DNA of 32,000 nucleotides from the NCBI GenBank assembly GCA_038823825.1, contig JAWBCC010000001.1:120001-152000 (forward strand), in the 5' to 3' direction. This DNA comes from Candidatus Hadarchaeales archaeon (lineage in GTDB: Archaea > Hadarchaeota > Hadarchaeia > Hadarchaeales > Hadarchaeaceae). Under the pieces are notes generated by a model. The model worked only from the letters and a program-made list of their open reading frames with translations. It was not told the origin of the DNA and made no database searches. A program made the translations under genes and the position numbers. Position 1 is the stretch's first letter; each line of letters starts with the position of its first letter. Shown in pieces: positions 1-8,552 of this stretch.

Positions 1-108
1 GTCGTTGAGGATAAGGAAGGCGGGACCGAGCCACTTGAACGGGAGATTTCTTCCATCCCGGGCGTTGCAAGTGTCGAAGTTATCGGTCTCTCACGGATTT
101 TCTTATGA
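1..108 (+). CDS. C-terminal fragment of elongation factor 1-beta (aEF-1beta), truncated by window start
   Basis: Frame 1 reads VVEDKEGGTEPLEREISSIPGVASVEVIGLSRIFL then TGA at 106-108. The EGGTEPLE..ISxIxGVxSVEV pattern matches the C-terminal end of archaeal EF-1beta. Confidence 0.8.
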   Translation, partial: VVEDKEGGTEPLEREISSIPGVASVEVIGLSRIFL

Positions 109-141
109 ATTTTTAAGTCTTCATAGACTTTCTTTTATCTG

Positions 142-1041
142 ATGGGAAGAAAAGAAATAGAAAAAGTCTTTTTGATCTCTCTGCTTCTGACAACTTTAAT
201 CGGTCTGATGCAGATTTCCGCATCCTTTCTATTTGGAAGTTTGGCTCTTCTCGCCGTGGGCATAGAATCTTTATCGGACTCCATAACGACAGTAGTGGCT
301 CTAGGTGGATTCAGAATATCGAGGAAACCGGCGGACAAGAGACATCATTACGGCCACTGGCAGGCGGAGTCGCTTGTAGCCTTGCTTTTTGCCGTGGTTC
401 TTTTGGTCTCCGGAGCTAGAATTCTCTTATCTTCAGTGGATCGTCTCAGACACGGGACAAATTCAACTTTTTCTTCTGAGGTCCTCCTTACACCTTCACT
501 TTCAGCAATAGTTTTTGTTTTACTCGCATCATATAAGATGAAAGTTGGAAAGGAAGAAAAATGTCTGCCACTTATTTCTGACGCTTATCATACTTTCATG
601 GACTTTCTCTCAAGCATAAGCGTAGTAATAGGTCTGGTTCTCGCCATAAGAGGAAACATTCTAGCAGACCCGATTGTAGCTCTAATTATATCAGGAATTC
701 TTTTTTATCTCAGCTTCTCACTTGGTCGCTCGGCCTTGAGTGCGCTGATGGAAACAGCCCCATCAGAGGACACAGTCTTGAAGATAAGGAAAATCTGCGC
801 AGAGACACCAGGTGTTGAGAGCTTTCACAGGCTCAGAACTAGACGCTCCGGTCCAAAAATTTTTGTGGATGTTCACGTGCTCGTAGATTCCGAAATGAGT
901 TTACGAAAGGCACACGATGTTGCAACCGAAATAGAGCGCAGATTGAAGTCAAAAATTCCGGAGATAAGCTCTGTGACCGTTCACGTAGAACCTCATGCGA
1001 GGAAGGCTAAATCCTCCACTTCCAAGACAAAAAGTTCTTGA
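142..1041 (+). CDS. Cation diffusion facilitator (CDF) family transporter
   Basis: Several TM segments, GSLALLAVGIESLSDSITTVVALGGFRISRKPADKRHHYGHWQAES (typical CDF TM2 and HxxGH-type region), and a C-terminal cytosolic domain. Confidence 0.88.
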   Translation: MGRKEIEKVFLISLLLTTLIGLMQISASFLFGSLALLAVGIESLSDSITTVVALGGFRISRKPADKRHHYGHWQAESLVALLFAVVLLVSGARILLSSVDRLRHGTNSTFSSEVLLTPSLSAIVFVLLASYKMKVGKEEKCLPLISDAYHTFMDFLSSISVVIGLVLAIRGNILADPIVALIISGILFYLSFSLGRSALSALMETAPSEDTVLKIRKICAETPGVESFHRLRTRRSGPKIFVDVHVLVDSEMSLRKAHDVATEIERRLKSKIPEISSVTVHVEPHARKAKSSTSKTKSS

Positions 1042-2008
1042 GAGTTTCCACAACCTTGATTTCTCTTTTGATGGGGCTCCGGAATTTTGCACCTCTGAGA
1101 GCTTTGATGACGTTTGTCACGCTTTCGCCGAGCGCTTTTAAGTTGTAACCTCCCTCCAGCACAAAGACAACTCTTCCACCGCATACTTTCTTTGCAGTTT
1201 CCAGTATCCTTTCGGCCATCCATCCGTAAAATTCGCTGCTCAGTTCTAGCTGTGTAAGTGGATCCCAAATATGTCCGTCAAAACCGGCGGAGATAGCAAT
1301 CAGGCCAGGTTCAAACTGCTCCGCTATTGGACAAACGACTTCCTCAATGATAGTCGCATATTCACCGTCACCGGTTCCGGGAGGAACAGGCACATTTACA
1401 TTGAAACCTCTTCCTCTCCCTTCTCCAATCTCTTCCACCCGTCCAGTTCCAGGATACAGGGGAAACTGATGAATGGATAAATAGAGAACATCTGGATCGG
1501 TATAAAAAATGTCTTGCGTACCATTTCCGTGATGGGCGTCAAAATCAAAAATCATAATTCTATCGAAGACGTTCAGTAGATCCTTGGTCATTATTGCTAC
1601 GTTGTTCAGGTAACAGAATCCTCCACCAAAATCGCTTGAGGCGTGATGTCCAGGTGGTCTGACGAGAGCAAACGTGTTGTCCGCTTTTTTCTCCGCAACC
1701 AATCTTCCGGCTATTAGGGCTCCTCCAGCGGCTAAGAGTGCGATCTCGAGAGTGTTCTCTCTGGTCGGCGTGTCTGAATCTAAAAAAGCTTGATCCTTAG
1801 TCATCTCTTTGAGAAGCTCGATGTAATTTTTGCTGTGTACAGTCAGAATTTCGTTCATTTTCGCTGATTCAGGTTCTAGAACATTTGTCCACAGTTCATT
1901 TCGTTTAAGAGTTTCCACTATTGCATGCAACCTCTGTGGCGATTCAGGATGCCAAGCTCCAGGATTATGCTCCAGATATCTTGGAGAATAAATGAGAGCA
2001 AGTCTCAT
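1007..2008 (-). CDS. Histone deacetylase / acetoin-utilisation (AcuC)-like deacetylase
   Basis: RPPGHHA, FDAHHGNGTQDIFY, SAGFDGH and LEGGYN motifs. The track ORF extends to 2065, but MRLALIYSPRYLEH at 2008 is a better start and overlaps the upstream stop as ATGA. Confidence 0.9.
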   Translation of the reverse strand: MRLALIYSPRYLEHNPGAWHPESPQRLHAIVETLKRNELWTNVLEPESAKMNEILTVHSKNYIELLKEMTKDQAFLDSDTPTRENTLEIALLAAGGALIAGRLVAEKKADNTFALVRPPGHHASSDFGGGFCYLNNVAIMTKDLLNVFDRIMIFDFDAHHGNGTQDIFYTDPDVLYLSIHQFPLYPGTGRVEEIGEGRGRGFNVNVPVPPGTGDGEYATIIEEVVCPIAEQFEPGLIAISAGFDGHIWDPLTQLELSSEFYGWMAERILETAKKVCGGRVVFVLEGGYNLKALGESVTNVIKALRGAKFRSPIKREIKVVETLKNFLSWKWRI

Positions 2009-2679
2009 TTCTTTTCCTCCAGTTCGGCTTTTTTGACCAAATAAACCCCTCTTAAGCCGTCCCACAGAATCTCCGCTTCATCGATTTTTATTCTGAACTT
2101 GAAAAATGGTGCGTCCAGAACGAGAGTCTCGTATTCTCCTCCTTCCCCACAGGGGTTGATTCCATACTTCTTCGAGAGTTCAAGAAACTTTCTTACTTCA
2201 TCCTCCCCAACTTTTTTTCCTAACCACTCTTTTCCCAAACCCTCCGCAAAAACGCCGGTTATTATAAAGCTTATTCCGGATCTCAATTCTTCACGCAATA
2301 CCTCCTCCGGCTCTCTATTCCAGAGAGGAGCGATATGAGACTTCCGCAATTTGCGGCAGATTTCATCAAGGTTGTTTTTTTGAAATTTTGACGATATCAC
2401 ACCACTCACTATTCCTTCGACATCGGCTTTCTTCAGTATTTTCTCCAAGAATGGAATTTCTTCTCTCTTTCCTCCAGTGAATCTGAGCCCCTCAACCGGA
2501 ATTCCAATACATTTGGAAAAGAGTTCATACAGATGGACGTTAGGATGGTGAAACATCCATGAGTCTTCTCTTTGCGGTAAAACAAAGATGATCTTTTCGA
2601 TCTCATGTTCTTTCATTGCAAGCCAAAGAGCAAAAATGGAATCTTTACCACCACTACAGAGAGCGGCGAGTTTCATCAC
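2005..2679 (-). CDS. dph6: Diphthine--ammonia ligase (Dph6-type ATP pyrophosphatase)
   Basis: N-terminal PP-loop LCSGGKDSIFALWLA, plus GVISSKFQKNNLDEICRKLRKSHIAPLWNREPEEVL and GEGGEYETLVLDAPFFK, which are hallmarks of the family. Confidence 0.9.
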   Translation of the reverse strand: MMKLAALCSGGKDSIFALWLAMKEHEIEKIIFVLPQREDSWMFHHPNVHLYELFSKCIGIPVEGLRFTGGKREEIPFLEKILKKADVEGIVSGVISSKFQKNNLDEICRKLRKSHIAPLWNREPEEVLREELRSGISFIITGVFAEGLGKEWLGKKVGEDEVRKFLELSKKYGINPCGEGGEYETLVLDAPFFKFRIKIDEAEILWDGLRGVYLVKKAELEEKK

Positions 2680-2721
2680 GTAATTCTTTCTCCAAAAGGG
2701 AATTTTAACAAGTAGGATGTT

Positions 2722-3948
2722 TTACGCAAGCCCGAACATGGAGAGCGTAGATTCTTTAACACCAGCAAAGAAGAGAATGCATGGTAACAAAATTACACCC
2801 ATCGCGTGGGTTCTTTTAACCTGAACGACTGCTGGAAGGACTCCAATCGATGTCGCTGTCGCAAAAACTAGAAGCCCGACAAATCCCGAGTAGAAGAAAA
2901 CGAGAAATGTGATGAAGACCAGAACTGCCGCACACAAACCCCTGTATGGAAGTTTTGACATTTCTCTGGCCATAATCTTGGAAAGTTTGAGCGTGAGAAG
3001 TCCAGCGATTCCGCCAGCGAAGAGAGAAACACCAACCATGATGATAAGTTCTCTACTTCCGATCTCGAGAATCTGCCCAACCGCAACCGCCGCTCCACTC
3101 CTGCCTCTTCCTATAGCATAAAGCGCGGCAAAAGAAAATAGAGCCTTCGAAGTATTGACGCTACTTACCGCTGCGAGAAAATCTTCTGTTCCCTTACAAC
3201 CACTCACAAGCTGCGCAAGCACGGTTCCTTGTGATGGTCCTATGCCCGGGATAATTCCAGTCACAGCTCCGGCGAATGCTCCAGTTAAAATCGGCTTCTT
3301 CAATCCGTCCGGTTCTCTATCATCTATCTTTTGTTCCGGAAGTTGGCAGTTGCTCGCTATGCTCGGAAGGAGAACACTGGCTCCAAAAAGTCCGGAGAGG
3401 AGGGGCATTAGGGCAGTCTCGGATTTCAGAATTCCTCCATCCAAAGCAACAAGTCCCAGAAAACCAGAGAGAACAAAGATTACACAAGACCAAACAATTT
3501 TACTAGGAGATCGCTCTATTGCGATCATAACAATCACCACAAACAGCAGAAGCCAGTGCATGTTTGGTTTTATCAATCCATATGCGGGTTCAACTATCAT
3601 GAGAAATGGAAAAAGAAAGGCGGCGCTCACTAGCAATCCTCCCAGGCATCCGAAAACTACGAGTTTTATGGCGTAGTGACCTCTTCCATCTAAAAGTAGC
3701 CTGTGTGCTGGAAGAACGGATAACTCAGTTCCCTCTTCCGGAACGCCCAAATATGTGGAAGGTATATAGCTGACAAAAACGTTTGTGATAGACATAGCAA
3801 CTATCAAGGAAGCGATTTCAACAGATCCCGAGCCTCCTGCTAAGATAACAAAAGCCGGCGTTAAATTGTTGACATGTAAACCCGGAATCATTCCAGTGAT
3901 TACTCCAAGAAGAACGCCCGCGAGCATCCATAGGATTAGCACAATCAT
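2722..3948 (-). CDS. TctA/DUF112-like tripartite tricarboxylate transporter permease, archaeal stand-alone type
   Basis: Hydrophobic 408 aa protein with GVLLGVITGMIPGLHVNN and an internal second copy GAFAGAVTGIIPGIGPSQG. Confidence 0.8.
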   Translation of the reverse strand: MIVLILWMLAGVLLGVITGMIPGLHVNNLTPAFVILAGGSGSVEIASLIVAMSITNVFVSYIPSTYLGVPEEGTELSVLPAHRLLLDGRGHYAIKLVVFGCLGGLLVSAAFLFPFLMIVEPAYGLIKPNMHWLLLFVVIVMIAIERSPSKIVWSCVIFVLSGFLGLVALDGGILKSETALMPLLSGLFGASVLLPSIASNCQLPEQKIDDREPDGLKKPILTGAFAGAVTGIIPGIGPSQGTVLAQLVSGCKGTEDFLAAVSSVNTSKALFSFAALYAIGRGRSGAAVAVGQILEIGSRELIIMVGVSLFAGGIAGLLTLKLSKIMAREMSKLPYRGLCAAVLVFITFLVFFYSGFVGLLVFATATSIGVLPAVVQVKRTHAMGVILLPCILFFAGVKESTLSMFGLA

Positions 3949-4616
3949 TTTAGGAAAGTTTCAAGCTTTTGGATACAAAGATGACTCGTCACCTTAAGTT
4001 CGATTTCGTTATTATATAACTGCAACCATCCCCCAATCACGACTTCATCCCCAACGTGCACTTCGGGTATTCCTTCAACGATTTTTGACGGTATGAAGAC
4101 CTTCAGTTTCCTACCGTTTTCTCCTATGTTCAATATGATGTTTCCAGCACCAATTATCTCTCGGCTGGAAACTATACCGTAAACTTTGACGGGTTTTCCT
4201 AGATTCTCTTCCTTAATTTCTGAAATGCTAGCCGGAGCCGTATGCACGATTTTTATGTCTTCTGGCTTGGAAGGAATAACCTCCAGCTCGTTTTGGTAAA
4301 CCGAAACATTTCCCCTAATCTCCACGTAGTCAAGCAATCCTATTGTCAGGGTTAACTTTGACGCCAGATTGGAAAAGATTGGGACAGTTATAATCCCTCC
4401 GGAGTCATCTTTGATCTTAAGGAACATGTGCTTGTTGCCGGAACTCTGTACATCAATTATTTGTCCGGAGATTATCACTCTGGCGCCGATGAAACTATTA
4501 TCTATTTTTGCGATCGGAGTGATTCTCTGTGAAATCGATAAAGCAGTTGCGTAAACCGCGGCCAAGCCCGCGAGCGACGAGATAAGACTCAATCTGACTA
4601 TTTTTCCGTTCCCCAT
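3945..4616 (-). CDS. Membrane-anchored tandem OB-fold protein
   Basis: N-terminal hydrophobic segment followed by two OB-like units (GARVIISGQIIDV...DYVEIRGNVSVYQNELEV and GKPVKVYGIVSS...DEVVIGGWLQLYNNEIELKV). The stop overlaps the TctA-like start (TCAT 3945-3948). Confidence 0.65.
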   Translation of the reverse strand: MGNGKIVRLSLISSLAGLAAVYATALSISQRITPIAKIDNSFIGARVIISGQIIDVQSSGNKHMFLKIKDDSGGIITVPIFSNLASKLTLTIGLLDYVEIRGNVSVYQNELEVIPSKPEDIKIVHTAPASISEIKEENLGKPVKVYGIVSSREIIGAGNIILNIGENGRKLKVFIPSKIVEGIPEVHVGDEVVIGGWLQLYNNEIELKVTSHLCIQKLETFLK

Positions 4617-4661
4617 CCGCGCCTAGGTTTTTGCGAAGGAGGTTTAAGCGTGCGAACGGAT

Positions 4662-4940
4662 TTAGCGAATATCTACTGGTAGTACTTCCTCGGGCCCCTT
4701 CTTTCCTATCGGCCAAGGTCGATCATTTGTGATCAGATAGAGATATCTGGCAACCAGTAGAGAGTAAGTGACGTATCGGTTGGTGAATTTTGCCATGCCG
4801 AGGTGTCGCTTGCCCAGAATGAGTGTATAGAGCCAGTGTATCACCACGACAAGCCCAGCGACAAAACCCCAGACAGCAAGAATTATTCCGTAGATGATGG
4901 CCAGAGGAATCCTTAAAATCAATTCTAATCGTTCTCCCAT
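4662..4940 (-). CDS. Small membrane protein, DUF4389-like
   Basis: ILRIPLAIIYGIILAVWGFVAGLVVVIHWLYTLILGKR...RYLYLITNDRPW resembles the DUF4389 pattern. Confidence 0.55.
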   Translation of the reverse strand: MGERLELILRIPLAIIYGIILAVWGFVAGLVVVIHWLYTLILGKRHLGMAKFTNRYVTYSLLVARYLYLITNDRPWPIGKKGPEEVLPVDIR

Positions 4941-5054
4941 TGCACCTCCACAAACGATAACGCGAGAAAACTTATAAGGGTTGTTATGCGATTTTTCAGA
5001 TTGCTTCTTTTCAATGGCAAAGTTAAAAAGGATGATGTTTAATCAGTAATCGAG

Positions 5055-5294
5055 GTGAAAATTGTGAAAAGAGTTGGACAGCTTGTCGGTTTGAAAATCT
5101 ACACAGATAAAGCGAAATACGTTGGAGTCGTCGAAGATGTTCTGATAGATGACAGAGTTGGAGCTGTTGTAGGCTTGGTTATAGGGAAAAGAGCTGAAAA
5201 GGCCATAAGCGTGCCTTACAGCGGTGTTCTAGCAGTCGGCGACATAATAATCGTTCAATCGAAGAAAGAAGAGACCATCGGTGCCACGGCATGA
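5055..5294 (+). CDS. PRC-barrel domain protein
   Basis: KRVGQLVGLKIYTDKAKYVGVVEDVLIDDRVGAVVGLVIG is a typical PRC-barrel strand pattern. GTG start. Confidence 0.8.
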   Translation: MKIVKRVGQLVGLKIYTDKAKYVGVVEDVLIDDRVGAVVGLVIGKRAEKAISVPYSGVLAVGDIIIVQSKKEETIGATA

Positions 5295-5836
5295 TTGAAG
5301 AATTCGAGGGCAAAAGGCCGAAGATATCAAAGAAAGCCTTTGTGCACCCCTCGGCCGTCGTGATAGGTGATGTTAGGATAGGAGATTTTTCGAGTGTATG
5401 GCCTGGCGCCGTCATCCGTGGAGATTTAGGCAGGATAACGATTGGGAAGTACACATGTATCCAAGACAACGTGGTTATCCACGCTGGAGACGTTTATGAC
5501 AGCCGAGTTAGAGCTTCTCCCACAAGGGTAGGAAACTATGTCATCGTTGGTCACCTAGCCTTGGTCCATGGCGCAACAATTGAGGATCAGACACTTATCG
5601 GCGGACAGGCCACAATTTTCAATGATGCTATTGTACGGAAAGGTGCGATGGTAGGTATTGGCGCTGTTGTTTTAAGAGGGGCGGAGGTACCTCGCAGAAC
5701 GGTGGTTGTGGGGATTCCGGCCAGACCGCTTAGGCAAGTTACGCCTGCGGAGTTCAAAGGAATAAAAACGCAGGCGATTCATTATTCGAAGCTTGCAACC
5801 CGTTATCTCAAAGCTTTCAAAGAGGGAAAAAGGTAG
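5291..5836 (+). CDS. Gamma-class carbonic anhydrase family protein (left-handed beta-helix)
   Basis: Hexapeptide repeats; PGAVIRGD, IQDNVVIHAG and GHLALVHGATI retain the metal-ligand His pattern. The start overlaps the PRC-barrel stop (ATGA). Confidence 0.88.
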   Translation: MIEEFEGKRPKISKKAFVHPSAVVIGDVRIGDFSSVWPGAVIRGDLGRITIGKYTCIQDNVVIHAGDVYDSRVRASPTRVGNYVIVGHLALVHGATIEDQTLIGGQATIFNDAIVRKGAMVGIGAVVLRGAEVPRRTVVVGIPARPLRQVTPAEFKGIKTQAIHYSKLATRYLKAFKEGKR

Positions 5837-6878
5837 TCTCCAACCTGTCCTGTGTTGGATACTCTTCGACAAGCGCGAATTTCAGGTTTTTCTCTAGTTT
5901 AGCCAGTTTTTCCGCTAACCTCCAGTGAAGTTCGATTCTTTTCTTTTCCCTGTTCAGATAGATTTCGTCTTGTTTTAATCGGTATTTTCTCATCAGATAT
6001 TTATGCACTTCGGTCAGTTCCTGAGTTTTTAATCCGGTTATGATTCCTTTGAAAAGGAGTCCATCTTCGTTCACCTCTTCGTGTGGTTTTGCCACGTTGA
6101 AGGCTTTTCTGATCAATCTCTTTCTCAGCTGAACAGAATCTTTCACAATGCTCGAGCAGTAATGAATCGTGAGCGTAGCGTTTTTCGCCCCCCATTTTGC
6201 GACGGTGAGGGCACATTCTCTACTTCCTTCTGCGGCAACGGCCGAGTCCTCTCTAAGTCTAAATCCCCTTCTATGAAGGTTTGCCGCGTTTGTCTCTGAA
6301 AACTCCAGCTCGTTCAGATTTATGAAGACTCCTTCTATTTCGTCAAGTTTTCTGATCAAATTTATTATTCTATCCTCCCAGCCAGGCACTGCTGGAATCT
6401 CTATCCCCGCATCCAGTCCTACGCCTATAGCCTTTACAACAGGCTCTGAAGTTAAGAGATGAAATCTAACTTCATCGATTCCGGCTTCTTTCATCTTTTT
6501 GAGTTTTTCGCGAGAAACATCCTCACAAAGGTAGACATGAATGTGGTGTTCTTTCCCAAATTTTTCTTTCAGGAGCTTGGAGTATCTAAGCATTCTTCGA
6601 AATCTGAGCATCGGGTCCCCACCGGTTATACCGGTACCAAGCGCGTCCATTTCCTCGGCCTCGGCAACGATATCTCTCCAGCTTCTGACAAGTCTCTCGT
6701 TCGCATAGACTACGTCTTTCTGTCTTCTCTTTTCGGAAAGAGGACAGTAGAAACATCTCCTTCTGCATAATCCCGTCAAGAAGAGGACGAGCTTGGCTCC
6801 TTGGAGACAGAGATCACATCCAAGGGGCAGGTTTCCAACGACGAATCCTCCGCCTTCAGTGTCTTTAAGCTTCCGCAT
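5817..6878 (-). CDS. Radical SAM protein, function uncertain
   Basis: CRRRCFYCP (CxxxCxxC) cluster motif preceded by LVLFLTGLC, and GTGITGGDPMLRFRR (GGE/GGD-type motif). Uncharacterised archaeal-type C-terminal region. Confidence 0.8.
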   Translation of the reverse strand: MRKLKDTEGGGFVVGNLPLGCDLCLQGAKLVLFLTGLCRRRCFYCPLSEKRRQKDVVYANERLVRSWRDIVAEAEEMDALGTGITGGDPMLRFRRMLRYSKLLKEKFGKEHHIHVYLCEDVSREKLKKMKEAGIDEVRFHLLTSEPVVKAIGVGLDAGIEIPAVPGWEDRIINLIRKLDEIEGVFINLNELEFSETNAANLHRRGFRLREDSAVAAEGSRECALTVAKWGAKNATLTIHYCSSIVKDSVQLRKRLIRKAFNVAKPHEEVNEDGLLFKGIITGLKTQELTEVHKYLMRKYRLKQDEIYLNREKKRIELHWRLAEKLAKLEKNLKFALVEEYPTQDRLETTFFPL

Positions 6879-6890
6879 TTTCTCCCAATC

Positions 6891-6905
6891 CTTTTTTATA
6901 CCCCT
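6891..6905. promoter_or_regulatory. TATA-like element placed suitably for both the radical SAM gene (-) and TBP (+)
   Basis: Sequence cttttttataccccta lies about 20-28 nt from each divergent start codon in a 50 bp spacer. Confidence 0.4.
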
Positions 6906-6928
6906 AAGACCATTACTTTTAGGTAAAT

Positions 6929-7483
6929 ATGTCTAAGGTAAAAATCGAAGTCCAGAACATTGTTTTGTCCGTCATATACCCAAACACAGAGTTTGATCTT
7001 GAAAAATTAGCCCGCACGTTGGAAGATGCTAGATATGATCCTGAAGTTTTTCCCGGAATAGCCTATAAATCTGAAGACCCACCGGCATCTTTTCTGATTT
7101 TCGCCTCCGGAAAAATGAACTGTGTTGGGGCGAAAAGCATGAAAGACGCCAAGCTCGCTATAGAAAAGTTGACAAAGAAGCTGAAAGCGAGTGGGGCGAA
7201 AATAAAAGGCCCCCCGAAAGTCCAGGTTCAGAATATAGTCTCCTCTTTCGATTTTTTCAGAGAGTTTGACCTAGAGGCAATTGCAAGAAGCTTCGATAAC
7301 ACGGAGTACGAGCCGGAGGTATTTCCGGGCCTCGTCTTCAGGCTTGATGATCCAAAGGTTGTAATTCTGCTTTTCGTCTCTGGCAAGGGTGTGTGTGCTG
7401 GAGCAAAGACGATGGCAGAGATAAAGAGAACCGCCGAAAAAATGGATCGTCTGCTGGGTAACAAGTTCTCCGCAAAGGTCTAA
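6929..7483 (+). CDS. tbp: TATA-box-binding protein (TBP)
   Basis: Two direct repeats: VQNIV.S....EFDLEKLAR..PEVFPGIAYK...FLIFASGKMNCVGAKS and VQNIVSSFDFFREFDLEAIA...PEVFPGLVFR...ILLFVSGKGVCAGAKT. Confidence 0.96.
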   Translation: MSKVKIEVQNIVLSVIYPNTEFDLEKLARTLEDARYDPEVFPGIAYKSEDPPASFLIFASGKMNCVGAKSMKDAKLAIEKLTKKLKASGAKIKGPPKVQVQNIVSSFDFFREFDLEAIARSFDNTEYEPEVFPGLVFRLDDPKVVILLFVSGKGVCAGAKTMAEIKRTAEKMDRLLGNKFSAKV

Positions 7484-7514
7484 TTTAAAGATAGTCCAGT
7501 CTACTTTTTAAAAG

Positions 7515-8552
7515 ATGAAGGTCGTCGTCGTTAGATACGGGGAGATTGCCCTAAAAAGCGGGCCTGTGCGCTCCAAATTTGAGAAAATCTTGCTTTCAAA
7601 CATACGGAGGATGATAAGAAGCTTCGGTCACGCTTATAAAAAATCCGCTAGGATAATCGTGGAAAGCGAATTTCCATGGAAAGTATGTAAAGTCATTTCG
7701 AAGATTCCGGGCGTTGTTTCCTGCAGCCCCGCGGTGCGTGTCAGATCTGTTTTACCGGAAATAGTGCAAAACGCCACGAAAATCGCAAAGAGAACGGTGA
7801 AAAAAGGTGAGACTTTTGCCGTCCGGACGAGCAGGGAGGGAAAGCACGAGTTCACAAGCATGGATGTCAATAGGATTGTGGGAGAGAGCATTCTCCGTTC
7901 GTTGCCCGGTTCTAAGGTAGATCTCTCTAATCCCGATCGCGAAATCTTCATAGATATTCGTGAAGATGAGACATACATCTTCACCGAGAAAATAAGTGGG
8001 GTTGGAGGCCTGCCTGTTGGTAGCGAGGGCAAGGCCATATGCATTTTTGATGGGAGCGGCAGGGACGTAAAGGCTGCCTTTTTGATGATGAAAAGAGGTT
8101 GCGTCATCCAGATTTTATCCGAAGCGTCAAATGTCCATAGAGCTAAGAGTCTATTGGTTCACCATCCTCATTTGACAGTTTTCATCCTGCCTGAAAGTTT
8201 CACAAAGTCGATCAAACAAACACCTCCCCGGCTTAGAACGATCGTCAAAAAGAGGGCTCTCGTCAAGATAGCCGACTTGCTTTCGGTTAGAACGGGTTCT
8301 GTTTGCCTAGTACTTCCAGATGGTCTGGAATTTGTTCGAAAATTTGGACTTGAAGGGATTCGTTTTGTTGACGAGGCTTCAAGCAATTCGCCTATACTTC
8401 GTCCCCTACTCGGGGGAGATCTGCTGAAAGCGGAGCCAAAGCCTTCAAGTAAAATTTTTCAAATTCAGAAAAAGCGAGTCCTAGAGCTAGAAAGGGAAAT
8501 CCTTAAAGATTTGGATGGAATTGTGAATTCTCTTGTGAGGAGGAAACTATGA
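7515..8552 (+). CDS. ThiI-like THUMP-domain protein with degenerate PP-loop
   Basis: N-terminal ThiI ferredoxin-like region plus THUMP (RYGEIALKSGPVRSKFEKIL; FAVRTSREGKHEFTSMDVNRIVGE; VDLSNPDREIFIDI; GVGGLPVGSEGKAI) and DEASSNSPILRPLLGGD. The expected SGGxDSP reads DGSGRDV. Confidence 0.82.
   Translation: MKVVVVRYGEIALKSGPVRSKFEKILLSNIRRMIRSFGHAYKKSARIIVESEFPWKVCKVISKIPGVVSCSPAVRVRSVLPEIVQNATKIAKRTVKKGETFAVRTSREGKHEFTSMDVNRIVGESILRSLPGSKVDLSNPDREIFIDIREDETYIFTEKISGVGGLPVGSEGKAICIFDGSGRDVKAAFLMMKRGCVIQILSEASNVHRAKSLLVHHPHLTVFILPESFTKSIKQTPPRLRTIVKKRALVKIADLLSVRTGSVCLVLPDGLEFVRKFGLEGIRFVDEASSNSPILRPLLGGDLLKAEPKPSSKIFQIQKKRVLELEREILKDLDGIVNSLVRRKL

Noticed and set aside
135-338. 67 aa ORF overlapping the CDF transporter start
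   Set aside because: Minus-strand overlap with a strong CDF gene; no motif.
3155-3676. 173 aa plus-strand ORF opposite the TctA-like permease
   Set aside because: Antisense shadow ORF of a clear membrane protein gene; no coherent domain.
5291-5836. Gamma carbonic anhydrase as possibly inactive
   Set aside because: The metal-binding His pattern (VIHAG, GHLALVHG) appears intact, so no evidence of degeneration.
7634-8107. 157 aa minus-strand ORF opposite the ThiI-like gene
   Set aside because: Antisense to a clear THUMP/ThiI-like frame; composition typical of a shadow ORF.
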